Shown here: positions 1-9,435 of the stretch, in pieces
Numbering within the stretch: position 1 is the first letter of the stretch
Layout of the letters: the number at the start of each line of letters is the position of its first letter
NCBI GenBank assembly: GCA_963773905.1
Contig: CAVZDB010000008.1
Location: 575,200-639,199 of the forward strand
Source of the DNA: an uncultured Acidobacteriota bacterium
GTDB taxonomy: Bacteria > Acidobacteriota > Thermoanaerobaculia > UBA5066 > Gp7-AA6
Reading direction: 5' to 3'
DNA length: 64,000 nt
The notes under the pieces: model-generated
What the model was told of the DNA's origin: nothing
What the model saw: the letters and a program-made list of their open reading frames with translations, nothing else
Database searches by the model: none
Translations under genes and position numbers: made by a program

Positions 1-452
1 CGCGCGACCAGCTGCCGCTCTCGCTCGTCATGATCGACATCGACTACTTCAAGAGCTACAACGACACCTACGGGCACCAGCTCGGTGACGAGTGTCTGCG
101 CCGCGTCGCGACCGAGATCCGCGAGGCGATCACCCGTCCGGGGGACCTCGTCGCGCGCTACGGCGGAGAGGAGTTCGCCGCCGTACTGCCCTCGACGCCG
201 GCCAAGGGCGCCTTCGCCGTGGCCGAGCTCCTCCGGCTGCGTGTCGAGCGCATCGCGACCCGCCACCAGACCTCGCCCCTCGGCGTGGTGACGATCAGCG
301 TGGGCGTGGCGTCGATGACGCCGGGGGAGTCGTTCGCGAAGGAGACGCTGGTTGCGGCGGCCGACGGCGCCCTGTACGCCGCCAAGCGCGCCGGGCGCAA
401 CCGGGTCGAGAGCGCCAACGCCCCCATTCCGGCGCCGGCGGCGATGCGGTAG
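1..452 (+). CDS. GGDEF-domain diguanylate cyclase, C-terminal part (5' end upstream of window)
   Basis: Frame is open from the window edge. ORF 30..452 contains IDIDYFKSYNDTYGHQLGD and RYGGEEFAAVLP (GGEEF active-site motif). Confidence 0.85.
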   Translation, partial: RDQLPLSLVMIDIDYFKSYNDTYGHQLGDECLRRVATEIREAITRPGDLVARYGGEEFAAVLPSTPAKGAFAVAELLRLRVERIATRHQTSPLGVVTISVGVASMTPGESFAKETLVAAADGALYAAKRAGRNRVESANAPIPAPAAMR

Positions 453-467
453 CCCGCTCGCTTCCGC

Positions 468-1709
468 CTAGTTCTTCCAGCCCGGCAGCTCCGGCGGCTT
501 CGCGAGGCCCGCGAACAGGACGACGTCCTTGCCCGAAGCGCGGATCGTCTCCGCGGCCGCGGCCGGCCGCTTGACGCGGGCCTTCCGGAGGGCCGCCTCG
601 AAGCGGGAAGCGGAAGCCGGCTCGTCGAAACGGATGCGCCAGAGGTAGCCGGTGCTGCCTCCCGAGGAGAAGAACGCGATCCGGTCCCCGCGCCACCCCT
701 CCGCCGCCACGGCCGCCTCCTTCTCGGGCAGCCCGCGCTCGAGCAGGAACCGCAGCGTCCACTCGCCGAGCGTGTCGAAGTAGAGGAGGCGCTGGCCGGG
801 GGCGATCGTGGTGAGATTGTCGGGCAAGAGTCCCGTCGCGGGCGGCGGCTGCGGTGCGCCGTGGATGATCTCCGCGCTCGACTCGGGAGGCGTCCTCCAG
901 AGCTTGTCGACCTCCGCCCAGCCGCCCCGCTTGACCGCGGCACGGACGAACTCGAGCCCGTCCACGTAGGGGAAGAAGAGCTGGTCGACGAAGTACTCCG
1001 GCACGTCGGAAGGGACGTTGGCCTTCTCGAGCGCGCCGGCGGAGAGGAGCGGTCCGATCTGCTCCTCGGTCTGCTCGCTCGCGCCGCCAGGAATCTGCTG
1101 GAGCGCGACCCGGATCATGACGAGGGTGGCCTCGCCCTCGAGCAGGCTCTGCAGCGCGAGCGCCCGGTCGCTGTCGTCCTTGAGCTTCTGCATCCGTTCG
1201 TCCAGCCGCATCGACTCGTCCTGGAGCGCATGGGTCAGCTCGTGCGAGAAGATCAGGCCCTGCGACATTGCCTCCGAAAGGTCCGGGGCGTCCAGCCCCT
1301 CGGCGGCCAGACCCTCCGTCGCGCTCGCGCCTTTGATCACGAAGAAGCGGTGGGGCTGCGGATCGTAGAAGGCGATGACCTGCGAGGCGTAGAAGTCGAC
1401 GAGAGTGTCGAGCAGCCCCGACTGCTGGTCGATGAGCCCGAGGCTGGACAGCGTCCGGAAGTAGTCCTCGGCGGGGACCGGCAGCTGCTCCGAGAGCTTG
1501 GACCGGAGGATCTTGCGCAGCTCCGCCTTGTCGAGCTCGGAGGCGGGGACGGTGCGGCTGAACTTGCGGCCGCGGACCTGCTCCACCTTCCGGGAGTACT
1601 CGGCGATGCGGTCCGGGAGGTAGTCGGTGAAGCCCAGGAGCAGAAGCGCTGAAAGGGCCGCTCCGGCTGCGCCGAGGCGTGTTTTTCTGCGCATGATCGA
1701 GGGTAACAC
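468..1709 (-). CDS. Putative secreted zinc metallopeptidase (HExxH), family not recognised
   Basis: 413-aa ORF with a signal-like hydrophobic N-terminus (LGAAGAALSALLLLGF) and the motif FSHELTHALQDE. Confidence 0.55.
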   Translation of the reverse strand: MLPSIMRRKTRLGAAGAALSALLLLGFTDYLPDRIAEYSRKVEQVRGRKFSRTVPASELDKAELRKILRSKLSEQLPVPAEDYFRTLSSLGLIDQQSGLLDTLVDFYASQVIAFYDPQPHRFFVIKGASATEGLAAEGLDAPDLSEAMSQGLIFSHELTHALQDESMRLDERMQKLKDDSDRALALQSLLEGEATLVMIRVALQQIPGGASEQTEEQIGPLLSAGALEKANVPSDVPEYFVDQLFFPYVDGLEFVRAAVKRGGWAEVDKLWRTPPESSAEIIHGAPQPPPATGLLPDNLTTIAPGQRLLYFDTLGEWTLRFLLERGLPEKEAAVAAEGWRGDRIAFFSSGGSTGYLWRIRFDEPASASRFEAALRKARVKRPAAAAETIRASGKDVVLFAGLAKPPELPGWKN

Positions 1710-1775
1710 GCCGGGATTCGTCTATCTTTCCGTCGCGCCTTTGGACTAAGATCCGCCGGTCCGCGAAGTCCGTGA

Positions 1776-2243
1776 ATGAGCGTACCGAGACCGTCCGACA
1801 AAGCCGGCCCGATCCGGATGTCTCTTTCCAGCCGTTTCGAGAACATCGAGATGGCGCAGCATCTGTGTTCCCAGCTGCTGGAGGGGAGGGACGTCCCGGA
1901 GGAGACGCGGCATTGGATCCTCATGGCTCTCCGCGAGGGGCTGGCCAACGCGATCAAGCACGGCAATCGGCAGGACGTCTCGAAGCATGTGCACCTCGAG
2001 ATGGACATCGTCGCGGACACGCTGGCGATCGCCATCCGCGACGAGGGCCCGGGGTTCGACCCGGGCGCGGTTGGCGACCCGCTGTCGCCGGAGAACCGGC
2101 TGAAGACGTCGGGGCGGGGCATCTTCTACATGAAGACGTTCATGGACGACGTCCGCTTTGAGCGGCTGCCGGGCGGTGGAATGGAAATTCTCTTGAAGAA
2201 GAGATTGGGCGAGGCAAACGAGAAGGAGGGAGACCCAGCATGA
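1776..2243 (+). CDS. Anti-sigma regulatory factor / serine kinase (RsbW/SpoIIAB-like HATPase)
   Basis: Contains EGLANAIKHGN, DEGPGFDP and GRGIFYMKTFMDDV (N- and G-box-like motifs). ATGA overlap with the downstream STAS gene. Confidence 0.8.
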   Translation: MSVPRPSDKAGPIRMSLSSRFENIEMAQHLCSQLLEGRDVPEETRHWILMALREGLANAIKHGNRQDVSKHVHLEMDIVADTLAIAIRDEGPGFDPGAVGDPLSPENRLKTSGRGIFYMKTFMDDVRFERLPGGGMEILLKKRLGEANEKEGDPA

Positions 2244-2581
2244 AAACGAACGTGCGCGATGTCGGCGGGGTGGCGGTCGTCGACCTCAAGGGCAAGATCA
2301 CGATCGGCTCCGGAGACGTCCAACTCCGCGAGACGATCAACAAGCTCGTCGACTCCGGAAAGAAGAACATCCTGGTCGACATGCACGACGTGACGACGAT
2401 CGACTCGTCGGGCATCGGCGAGCTCGTCGGCTGCTACACCTCGGTGACGAACAAGGGTGGCAAGCTCAAGCTCCTCCACCTGCCCCCGAAGATCAACGAC
2501 GTGTTGACCGTGACGCAGCTCATCACCGTCTTCGACGTCTACGAATCGGAGTCGGAGGCGTTGGCGAGCTTCCGCGGATAG
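2240..2581 (+). CDS. Anti-sigma-factor antagonist (STAS domain, RsbV/SpoIIAA-like)
   Basis: 113 aa with DMHDVTTIDSSGIGELV. Translationally coupled to the kinase gene. Confidence 0.85.
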   Translation: MKTNVRDVGGVAVVDLKGKITIGSGDVQLRETINKLVDSGKKNILVDMHDVTTIDSSGIGELVGCYTSVTNKGGKLKLLHLPPKINDVLTVTQLITVFDVYESESEALASFRG

Positions 2582-2709
2582 GCGGCGTACCCCTGAAGGG
2601 GCCCGCCGCCGGGGGCGGCGCCTTCGCCTTCGCTCTCGCCTTTGATCGCTTCGCGGCGGCGCATCGCTCCGCGCTCGAGGAGGCGCTCGAGCGCGCGCTG
2701 CCGCCGCCG

Positions 2710-3507
2710 GTGGCCCGCGCCGGGCCGCTGACGCGCGCGATTCACGACGCGATCCTCCCTCCCGGCAAGCGGCTCCGGCCGCTCGCCGCCCTGGCGTCGG
2801 GGGAGATCTGCCGCGCGCCCCGCGAGGCCGCCATGGCCGTGGCCGTCGCGGTCGAGTACGTGCACGCGGCCTCCCTCGTCCTCGACGACCTCCCCTCGAT
2901 GGACGACGCGCGGCGCCGCCGCGGCAGACCCGCCCTGCACCGCACCTACGGAGTCGCCACGGCGGAGCTTGCGGCCGTGGCGCTGCTCTCCCGCGCCTTC
3001 GAGACCCTGTCCTCGACGGACCGACTCTCGCCCGCCGCTCGCGTTCGCGTGGTCGGAGAGCTCGCGGCCGCCGTTGGCGCCTCCGGATGCTGCGCGGGGC
3101 AGGCGGCCGACCTCGCCGCGGAGCCGGCGAGCGTGGGACTCGACGACCTCGAGGCGATCCACGCGCAGAAGACCGGCGCCCTGTTCGTCGCGGCGATCCG
3201 AGGCGGTGCGCTGGCGGGTTCGGCGGGCGAGCGCACGCTCGATGGCCTGTCGCGCTACGCGCGCAACCTCGGTCTCGCGTTCCAGATCACCGACGACCTG
3301 CTAGACCTCGAGGGCGACTCCGACGCGATGGGCAAGGACACGCACCGGGACGCGCACCGTGCCAACTTCGCGACGATCCTCGGCGCGGAGTCGTCCCACC
3401 GCCTCGTGGACGAGCTGCTGGACGCGGCGCTCCAGGCGCTGCCGCTGCCCTCGCGCTCGTCGGTCCTCGCGGACCTGACGCGCGTGGTCCGAGACCGCCG
3501 CGCGTGA
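2710..3507 (+). CDS. Polyprenyl diphosphate synthase (FPP/GGPP synthase family)
   Basis: Contains LVLDDLPSMDDARRRRGRP and FQITDDLLD (two Asp-rich motifs). The frame stays open and looks homologous back to ~2593 with no ATG/GTG/TTG, so the true start is unresolved. Confidence 0.8.
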   Translation: MARAGPLTRAIHDAILPPGKRLRPLAALASGEICRAPREAAMAVAVAVEYVHAASLVLDDLPSMDDARRRRGRPALHRTYGVATAELAAVALLSRAFETLSSTDRLSPAARVRVVGELAAAVGASGCCAGQAADLAAEPASVGLDDLEAIHAQKTGALFVAAIRGGALAGSAGERTLDGLSRYARNLGLAFQITDDLLDLEGDSDAMGKDTHRDAHRANFATILGAESSHRLVDELLDAALQALPLPSRSSVLADLTRVVRDRRA

Positions 3508-3512
3508 GGTTT

Positions 3513-3719
3513 AGGACCGACGGCGCTCAACGCCGTCACGGGGACCGCGGCGGCGGTGAAATCCGCCGGCGCGGGCACTGCAGGACCGACGGCGCTCAAC
3601 GCCGTCACGGGGACCGCGGCGGCGGTGAAATCCGCCGGCGCGGGCGCTGTAGGACCGACGGCGCTCAACGCCGTCACGGGGACCGCGGCGGCGGTGAAAT
3701 CCGCCGGCGCGGGCGCTGT
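3513..3719. repeat. Tandem repeat, 3 x 69 bp, each unit with two hairpins
   Basis: Units start at 3513, 3582 and 3651. Unit 1 differs at 2 positions; units 2 and 3 are identical. Each unit contains GACGGCG-CTCAA-CGCCGTC and CGCGGCGGCGG-TGAAAT-CCGCCGGCGCG. Confidence 0.95.
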
Positions 3720-3724
3720 AGAGC

Positions 3725-5343
3725 ATGAATCGGCCCACGCTGGAGGAGGCACGGGCGAGGCTGCGCGAGCTCGGCTACCTCGATGCCGGCGTCGAGCGCA
3801 TGCTGTTCCGCCCGGTCTTCGAGGGCCGGGGCCTGGGCGGAGCCTGGCTGCCGGCGATCGGCCTCGGCGCCTTCGGGGCGGCGCTCGCCTCGGTCGCCGC
3901 CGTCGAGGGCGCGGACGGGTTCGCTTCGGTCGGCTCGGCCGCCGTCGTCTTCCTGCACCTTCTCCTCGCGGACCTGCTGCCTGCCATCCTGCTGGCGGCG
4001 CTGCTCTCGCCGCTCGCCGACCGCTCGCGCGCGCCCGGACCCGCGGCCACCGCCGCGGGGTTCGCCGCGGCCGCCGCCGTCTTCGCGCTCTGGATCCTGG
4101 GTACCCGTGGCCTCGAACGGGAGATCTCGATGCGCGCGCTGCTCTGGGGCATCCCCGTCGCAGCGGCCTCTCTCTTTCTCGCCGCGGCGGTGCGGCTCGC
4201 GTTCCTCGCCCGCGCGTTCGCGCGCTCGGGCGCGCTGCCGGGGAAGGCCACCCGCCGCCTCTTCGCCGCCGCCGCGGCCGCGGGGCTGCTGGTCGCGGCG
4301 CTGCTCTTCTTCTCCCGCCGCGAGCCCGAGCCCGTGCCGGCGCCGCAGCCGTCGCCCCGGTCCTCGCCGACGGTCGTGCTGGCGATCGACGGACTCGACC
4401 TCGACGGCCCCGGCAAGCCGGCGGAGGCGGCGGCGCTCCTCGCGCGGGGCGCGATCGGCTGGTGGCCGGCACAGCGGCGCACTCCGCCCGAGCTGTGGAC
4501 CGATCTCGCGAGCGGCGAGCCCGCACGCCGCCATGGAGTGCGCGCGCTGACGCGCGTCCGGCCGCTTCTCGCCCGGGAGTCGCTGCGGCCGCCGTTCGGG
4601 ACGTCCTGGTACTTCCGCCGCCTGGGGCCCCTCGTGGGAACGGTCGCGAGCGCGCCGGTCTCCGGCGCCGACCGCCGCCGGCTCGATTTCTGGGAAGTCT
4701 CGGCCTCGGCCGGGATCCCGAGCCTCGCCGTCGGCTGGTGGGCCTCCGCGCCCTGGCCGGGAGCGACCGTGGTGGACAACCGCGCCGTGCTGTCCCGATC
4801 CGGGAACGGCGTGGACGCGGACCGCGTCGCGACGGAGCTCTTCGAGAAGGATCTCCGCGATCGCAAGGGCTACGGCATCGAGACGCTGTACCTGCCGGGA
4901 TGCGACATCGAGCGGGAGGACCGAGCCGCGCGGGAGAGCGCCGTCGCGCAGGTCCGGCGCCTGCTCGAGGAGCTCGCGTCTCGCGCCGAGAGGGGCGAGC
5001 TCGTCCTGGTCGTGCTGGCCGCCGACAGTCACCCGGGCTCCGCGGCGGCGCTCGGCCGCATGGTCGTCTTCGATCATCCTGGCGCTGCCGCGGATTCGCC
5101 TGCGGCCCGCACGGTCCGCCTGAGTGCCGAGGACGTGGCGCCCTCCATCCTCGGCGCGCTCGGGCGTGCCCGTCGCCCGCGACCTGCCCGGACGGCCGGC
5201 CGCGGGGCTGTTCGCGCCGGGCACTCTGGAGACGGCGACGGTCGCGACCTACGGGCCGCGGATCGTGCCGCCGGTGTCCGCCGCGCCGCGAGTCGGATCG
5301 GGAGTACCTGGAGAAGTTAAGATCGCTGGGGTATCTGAAATGA
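3725..5343 (+). CDS. Membrane-anchored alkaline-phosphatase-superfamily protein (nucleotide pyrophosphatase/phosphodiesterase-like), two frame breaks near the 3' end
   Basis: N-terminal TM helices, then VVLAIDGLDLD and TPPELWTDLASGEPARRHGV. The C-terminus continues in two other frames: ILGALG|VPVARDLPGRP at ~5165, then ...|REYLEKLRSLGYLK* at ~5285. The final TGA overlaps the ATG of the next gene. Confidence 0.6.
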
Positions 5344-6395
5344 AGGCCGTCTTCTTCACCGAGCACGGGGACGCCTCCGTGCTTCGTTACGGCGACCGGC
5401 CCACGCCGGAGCCGGCCGCCGGAGAGGTGCGCGTGGCGATCCGCGCCGCGGCGCTCAACCACCTCGACCTCTTCGTGCGCGAGGGGATTCCGGGCGTGCC
5501 CCTGCCGCAGATCCCGGGCGGCGACGGGGCGGGCACCGTGGATCGTCTGGGAGAGGGCGTCTCGGGCCTCACCCCCGGCGACCGCGTGCTGATTCAGCCC
5601 GGCCTGTACGACAACACCTGCGAGTTCTGCCGCGCAGGCGAGCAGAGCCTGTGCGTGAGCTACAAGATCCTGGGCGAGCACACCCTGGGAACCTTCGCCG
5701 AGTACGTCGTCCTTCCGGCGCGCAACGTCTTTCCGATCCCCGCCGGGCTCTCGTTCCCGCGCGCCGCGGCATTCCCGCTGGCATACCAGACCGCCTGGCG
5801 GCTCCTCGTCGGACGGGCGGCCGTCCGGCCGGGAGAGACGGTGCTGGTCCACGGCGCGGGAGGAGGAGTCGCCGGGGCCGCGATCGAGATCGCGCGGCTC
5901 GCCGGGGCCCGGGTCCTCGCCACCACGTCGGGCGAGGAGAAGATGACGCGGCTGCGCGAGTCCGGCGTCGAGCTCGCGATCGACTACAAGAAGGAGGACG
6001 TGCTGGCGGCGGTGCGCGCGCACACCGCGAAGCGGGGGGTCGACGTCATCGTGGACACCGTGGGCGAGGCGACCTGGATGATCTCCCTCAAGGCGGCCGC
6101 CCGGGGCGGTCGCATCGTGACCTGCGGCGCGACGAGCGGTCCCAATCCCAAGGAGGAGATCCGCCAGATCTTCTGGAAGCACCTCTCGATCCTGGGATCC
6201 ACCATGGCGAACGATCGGGAGTTTCGGGCGCTCTACTCCGCGGTGGCTTCGGGTCGGCTGAAGCCGCGCGTGGATCGGGTCTTCTCGCTCGCGCAGGCCC
6301 GCGAGGCCTTCGCCTACATGGAAGAGGGGCGGCAGAACGGGAAGATCGTGCTGGTGCCGGAAGGGGCCGAGCGGGGCTGGCCGGACGGCGACTGA
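5340..6395 (+). CDS. Zinc-type alcohol dehydrogenase / NADPH:quinone oxidoreductase family (MDR)
   Basis: MKAVFFTEHGDASVLRYGDRPTPEP..., GDRVLIQP, VLVHGAGGGVAGAAIEIAR (Rossmann fold). ATGA overlap with the upstream gene. Confidence 0.85.
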   Translation: MKAVFFTEHGDASVLRYGDRPTPEPAAGEVRVAIRAAALNHLDLFVREGIPGVPLPQIPGGDGAGTVDRLGEGVSGLTPGDRVLIQPGLYDNTCEFCRAGEQSLCVSYKILGEHTLGTFAEYVVLPARNVFPIPAGLSFPRAAAFPLAYQTAWRLLVGRAAVRPGETVLVHGAGGGVAGAAIEIARLAGARVLATTSGEEKMTRLRESGVELAIDYKKEDVLAAVRAHTAKRGVDVIVDTVGEATWMISLKAAARGGRIVTCGATSGPNPKEEIRQIFWKHLSILGSTMANDREFRALYSAVASGRLKPRVDRVFSLAQAREAFAYMEEGRQNGKIVLVPEGAERGWPDGD

Positions 6396-6608
6396 CACGT
6401 CGCCCTCGCGGCTCGCGCTGACGCGCTCGACCGCTGCGGGCTCCCGCATCGCGCAGCTCCTCCCTCCTTCGTCGGGAGACTCTGCGCGATGCGGACTCTC
6501 GCGACAGCGCCTCGAGTTGAGGAGCTTGGGTCTGTTGTCGAGGGGGCTCGTGCGATAATCGCTCGTCCTCGTCCAGTCCGCAGGCGGTTCTCGCCGGCGG
6601 ACCCAACC

Positions 6609-7313
6609 ATGACCGAATCCCAACCGCGTCGCGCCTTTCGCATCCACGACCTGCCTTCCGAGGAGCGGCCCCGCGAGCGCCTGCTGCGCCTGGGCCCGGC
6701 GGCCCTGTCCAACGAGGAACTCGTCTCGCTCCTTCTGCGCACCGGGATCCCCGGGAGTAGCGCGCTCGACCGCGCCCGCGGCCTCCTCTCGGCGCACGGC
6801 GGCCTCGCCGGGCTCTCCCTGCTGGGTCCCGAGGAGCTGCTGAACGAGCGCGGCGTCGGGCCGACCCGCGCCTGTGCGATCGCCGCGGCGGTCGAGATCG
6901 CGCGGCGGCTCCCCGCGGCGGCTCTGGGCGGCCGCGACCTCCTCCACTCGCCGGACCTCGTCAAGGAGTTCCTGCGTCGGGCGCAGGCCGACGACGCGCA
7001 GGAGCGCACGGGAGCGCTGTTCCTGAATGCGCGGAATCGGCTCCTGCGCAACGACGCCGAGATCTATCGCGGCACCCTGGACCGCGCCGTCGTCGAGCCG
7101 CGGGAGATCCTCCGCCGCGCGCTCCTGACCAAGGCGGCGGGCGTGATCCTGTACCACAACCATCCTTCCGGCGACCCGTCTCCCTCGCGGGAGGACCGCG
7201 AGTTCACGCGCCGACTCGCCGCGGCCGCCGAGGCGGTCGGCGTCCGACTGCTCGATCACATCGTCGTGGGCCGGGAGGCCTGCGTCTCGTTTCGCGAGGC
7301 AGGCTTGTTGTGA
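6609..7313 (+). CDS. radC: RadC-family JAB-domain protein
   Basis: Contains ERPRERLLRLGPAALSNEELVSLLLRTG and HNHPSGDPSPSREDREFTRRL (JAMM motif). Confidence 0.9.
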   Translation: MTESQPRRAFRIHDLPSEERPRERLLRLGPAALSNEELVSLLLRTGIPGSSALDRARGLLSAHGGLAGLSLLGPEELLNERGVGPTRACAIAAAVEIARRLPAAALGGRDLLHSPDLVKEFLRRAQADDAQERTGALFLNARNRLLRNDAEIYRGTLDRAVVEPREILRRALLTKAAGVILYHNHPSGDPSPSREDREFTRRLAAAAEAVGVRLLDHIVVGREACVSFREAGLL

Positions 7314-7341
7314 GTTGTGAGGTATCTTTTCCGCTTCCCCG

Positions 7342-9379
7342 ATGAAGACGTATTACGCGACGACGCCGATCTACTACGTCAACGACCTGCCCCACATCGG
7401 GCACATCTACTCGACGGTGGTCACCGACGCGATGACGCGGTACCGGCGACTGATCGGCGAGAAGACGCGCTTTTTGACGGGCACGGACGAGCATGGGCAG
7501 AACATCGAGAAGGCGGCGATGGCGCAGGGCATCATGCCCCTCGCGCTGGCCGACCGCGTGGTCGCCCGCTACGAGCAGCTCTACCGGACCTTCGAGATCC
7601 AGAACGACGACTTCATCCGGACGACACAGGAGCGCCACAAGCGGGGCGTCCAGGCGCTGATCGGGCGGATCGACGCCGCGGGCGACTTCTACACCGCGAA
7701 GCACGAGGGCTGGTACTGCGCCAGCTGCGAGGCGTTCTACACGGAGAAGGAGCTCGACGCGACGAGCAACGACAAGAAGTGTCCCGTTCACGGCATTCCG
7801 ACCGCGTGGGAATCGGAGGAGAACGTCTTCTTCCGGCTCTCGAAATACGCGGAGCCGCTGCTCCGGCACTACGAGAGCCAGCCGGGCTTCGTGCGGCCCG
7901 AGAGCCGGCTCGCGGAGGTCGTCTCCTTCGTGAAGTCGGGCCTCTCCGACCTGTCGGTGTCGCGGACCAAGGTGAAGTGGGGGATCCCGTTCCCGGGGCA
8001 TCCCGGGCACGTCGTGTACGTGTGGCTGGACGCGCTCGCGAACTACATCACGGCTCTCGGGTTCGGCCAGGGCGGCGATGCGGAGGCGCTCTACCGCGAG
8101 TTCTGGGATCACCCCGAGGCGGAGCGCGTCCACGTCATCGGCAAGGACATCCTGCGGTTCCACGCGGTCTACTGGCCGGCGTTTCTGCTCTCGGCCGGCG
8201 TGCCCCTGCCGACGCGCGTCTGGGCGCACGGCTGGTGGCTGCGCGACGCGAAGAAGGTCTCCAAGTCCGTCGGCAACATCGTGCGTCCGGACCAGCTCGT
8301 CGCGGATTTCGGCCCCGACGCCCTGCGCTACTTCCTGCTGCGCGAGATGGCGTTCGGCCAGGACGCGAACTTCTCGGACGAGGCGTTCCTGACCCGGTAC
8401 AACGCCGACCTCGCCAACGACCTGGGCAACACCGTGTCCCGCGTCGCCGCGCTGCTGCGGCAGTCCTTCGGCGGCACGCCCAACGAGGTCTGCGACGACA
8501 ACGAGATCCTCGCGGCCTACGGCGACGCGCGCGCGGAGTGGCAGGCCGCGCTCGGCGACTGCCAGTTCAACCGGGCGCTCGAGGCCGTGTGGAAATTCCT
8601 CTCGGTGATCAACGGATTCATCGTCGCCAGGGAGCCCTGGAAGATCCGCAAGGAGGAGGGCGCGGATTCCGGCCGCCTGCACCGCATACTGTCGGCCGCG
8701 GCGGAGGGGATCCGACTCTCCGCGGTGATGCTCTCGCCGTTTCTTCCGGGGATCAGCCGGAGAATCTTCGCGACCTTCGCGATGGAGGCGAAGGACCCGT
8801 CGGCGCGGGACCTCGCGTGGGGAGGGCTTCCCGTCTCGCGGCCCATGCCGGAGGCGCCGGCTCTTTTCCCGCGCGTCGACGTCGCCGAATACTTCGCACG
8901 AAAGGACACACCCATGACCGAACCGACCCGGGGAGCACCCGCGGCGCCTGCTTTGCCCGCGGCTGGCGCTGAATCGCAGGCGGCTCCGGCCTCGCCGGCG
9001 GCTGGTGCCCCGCCGGCGGCTGGTGCCGCGGCGGCGCCTTCCGCCGACGACCGCATCGGCATCGAGGACTTCCAGAAGGTCCGGCTGAAGACGGCGAAGA
9101 TCGTCTCGGCCGAGCGCGTCCCGAAGTCGAACAAGCTCATGCGGCTCATGGTCGATCTGGGCGGCGAGCAGCGGCAGATCGTCGCCGGGATCGCGGCGCA
9201 GTACGAGCCCGAAGCGCTCCTCGGGCGCAACGTCGTCGTGGTCGCGAACCTGAAACCGGCGAAGCTCATGGGCGGTCGAGTCCAACGGCATGGTGCTCGC
9301 GGCCTCGGTCGGCGACGCGGGGGAGCCGGTGCTGTTGGATGTGCCGGCGCACGTGCCGGCCGGGAGCAAGGTGAAGTGA
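7342..9379 (+). CDS. metG: Methionyl-tRNA synthetase with C-terminal tRNA-binding domain; one frame break near 9270
   Basis: Contains PIYYVNDLPHIGHIYS (HIGH) and KVSKSVGN (KMSKS). The C-terminal domain IGIEDFQKVRLKTAKIV...KPAKLMG continues in the +1 frame as VESNGMVLAAS...AGSKVK* ending at 9379. Confidence 0.93.
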
Positions 9380-9413
9380 TTTTGGATTTTGGATTTTGGA
9401 TTTTGGATTGAGG
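9378..9413. repeat. Heptamer-array element, family A (GGATTTT), left arm only
   Basis: TGATTTT GGATTTT GGATTTT GGATTTT GGATTGA. It starts inside the metG TGA stop and matches the left arms at 10575 and 27871. No complementary arm follows. Confidence 0.9.
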
Positions 9414-9435
9414 CGCCGGGTACCACGTCCAGAGC

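Noticed and set aside
2710-3507. Second polyprenyl synthase as a recent duplicate of ispA (49986..50927)
   Set aside because: Only the family motifs are shared, and the sequences are otherwise divergent. They are distinct paralogs, not a duplication event visible in the window.
3513-3719. Possible CRISPR array (69-bp tandem repeat; likewise the heptamer arrays)
   Set aside because: The repeats are directly adjacent with no unique spacers. No cas genes are in the window. The heptamer arrays are far too short-period.
3255-7259. Very long ORFs on the opposite strand or in alternative frames of real genes (e.g. 3255..7259 minus, 1334 aa; also 7204..10713, 10985..12985, 18080..20830, 19914..22067, 31024..33093)
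   Set aside because: Their translations are low-complexity Arg/Pro/Gly/Ala strings typical of out-of-frame reading in high-GC DNA. Each overlaps a gene with clear family motifs.
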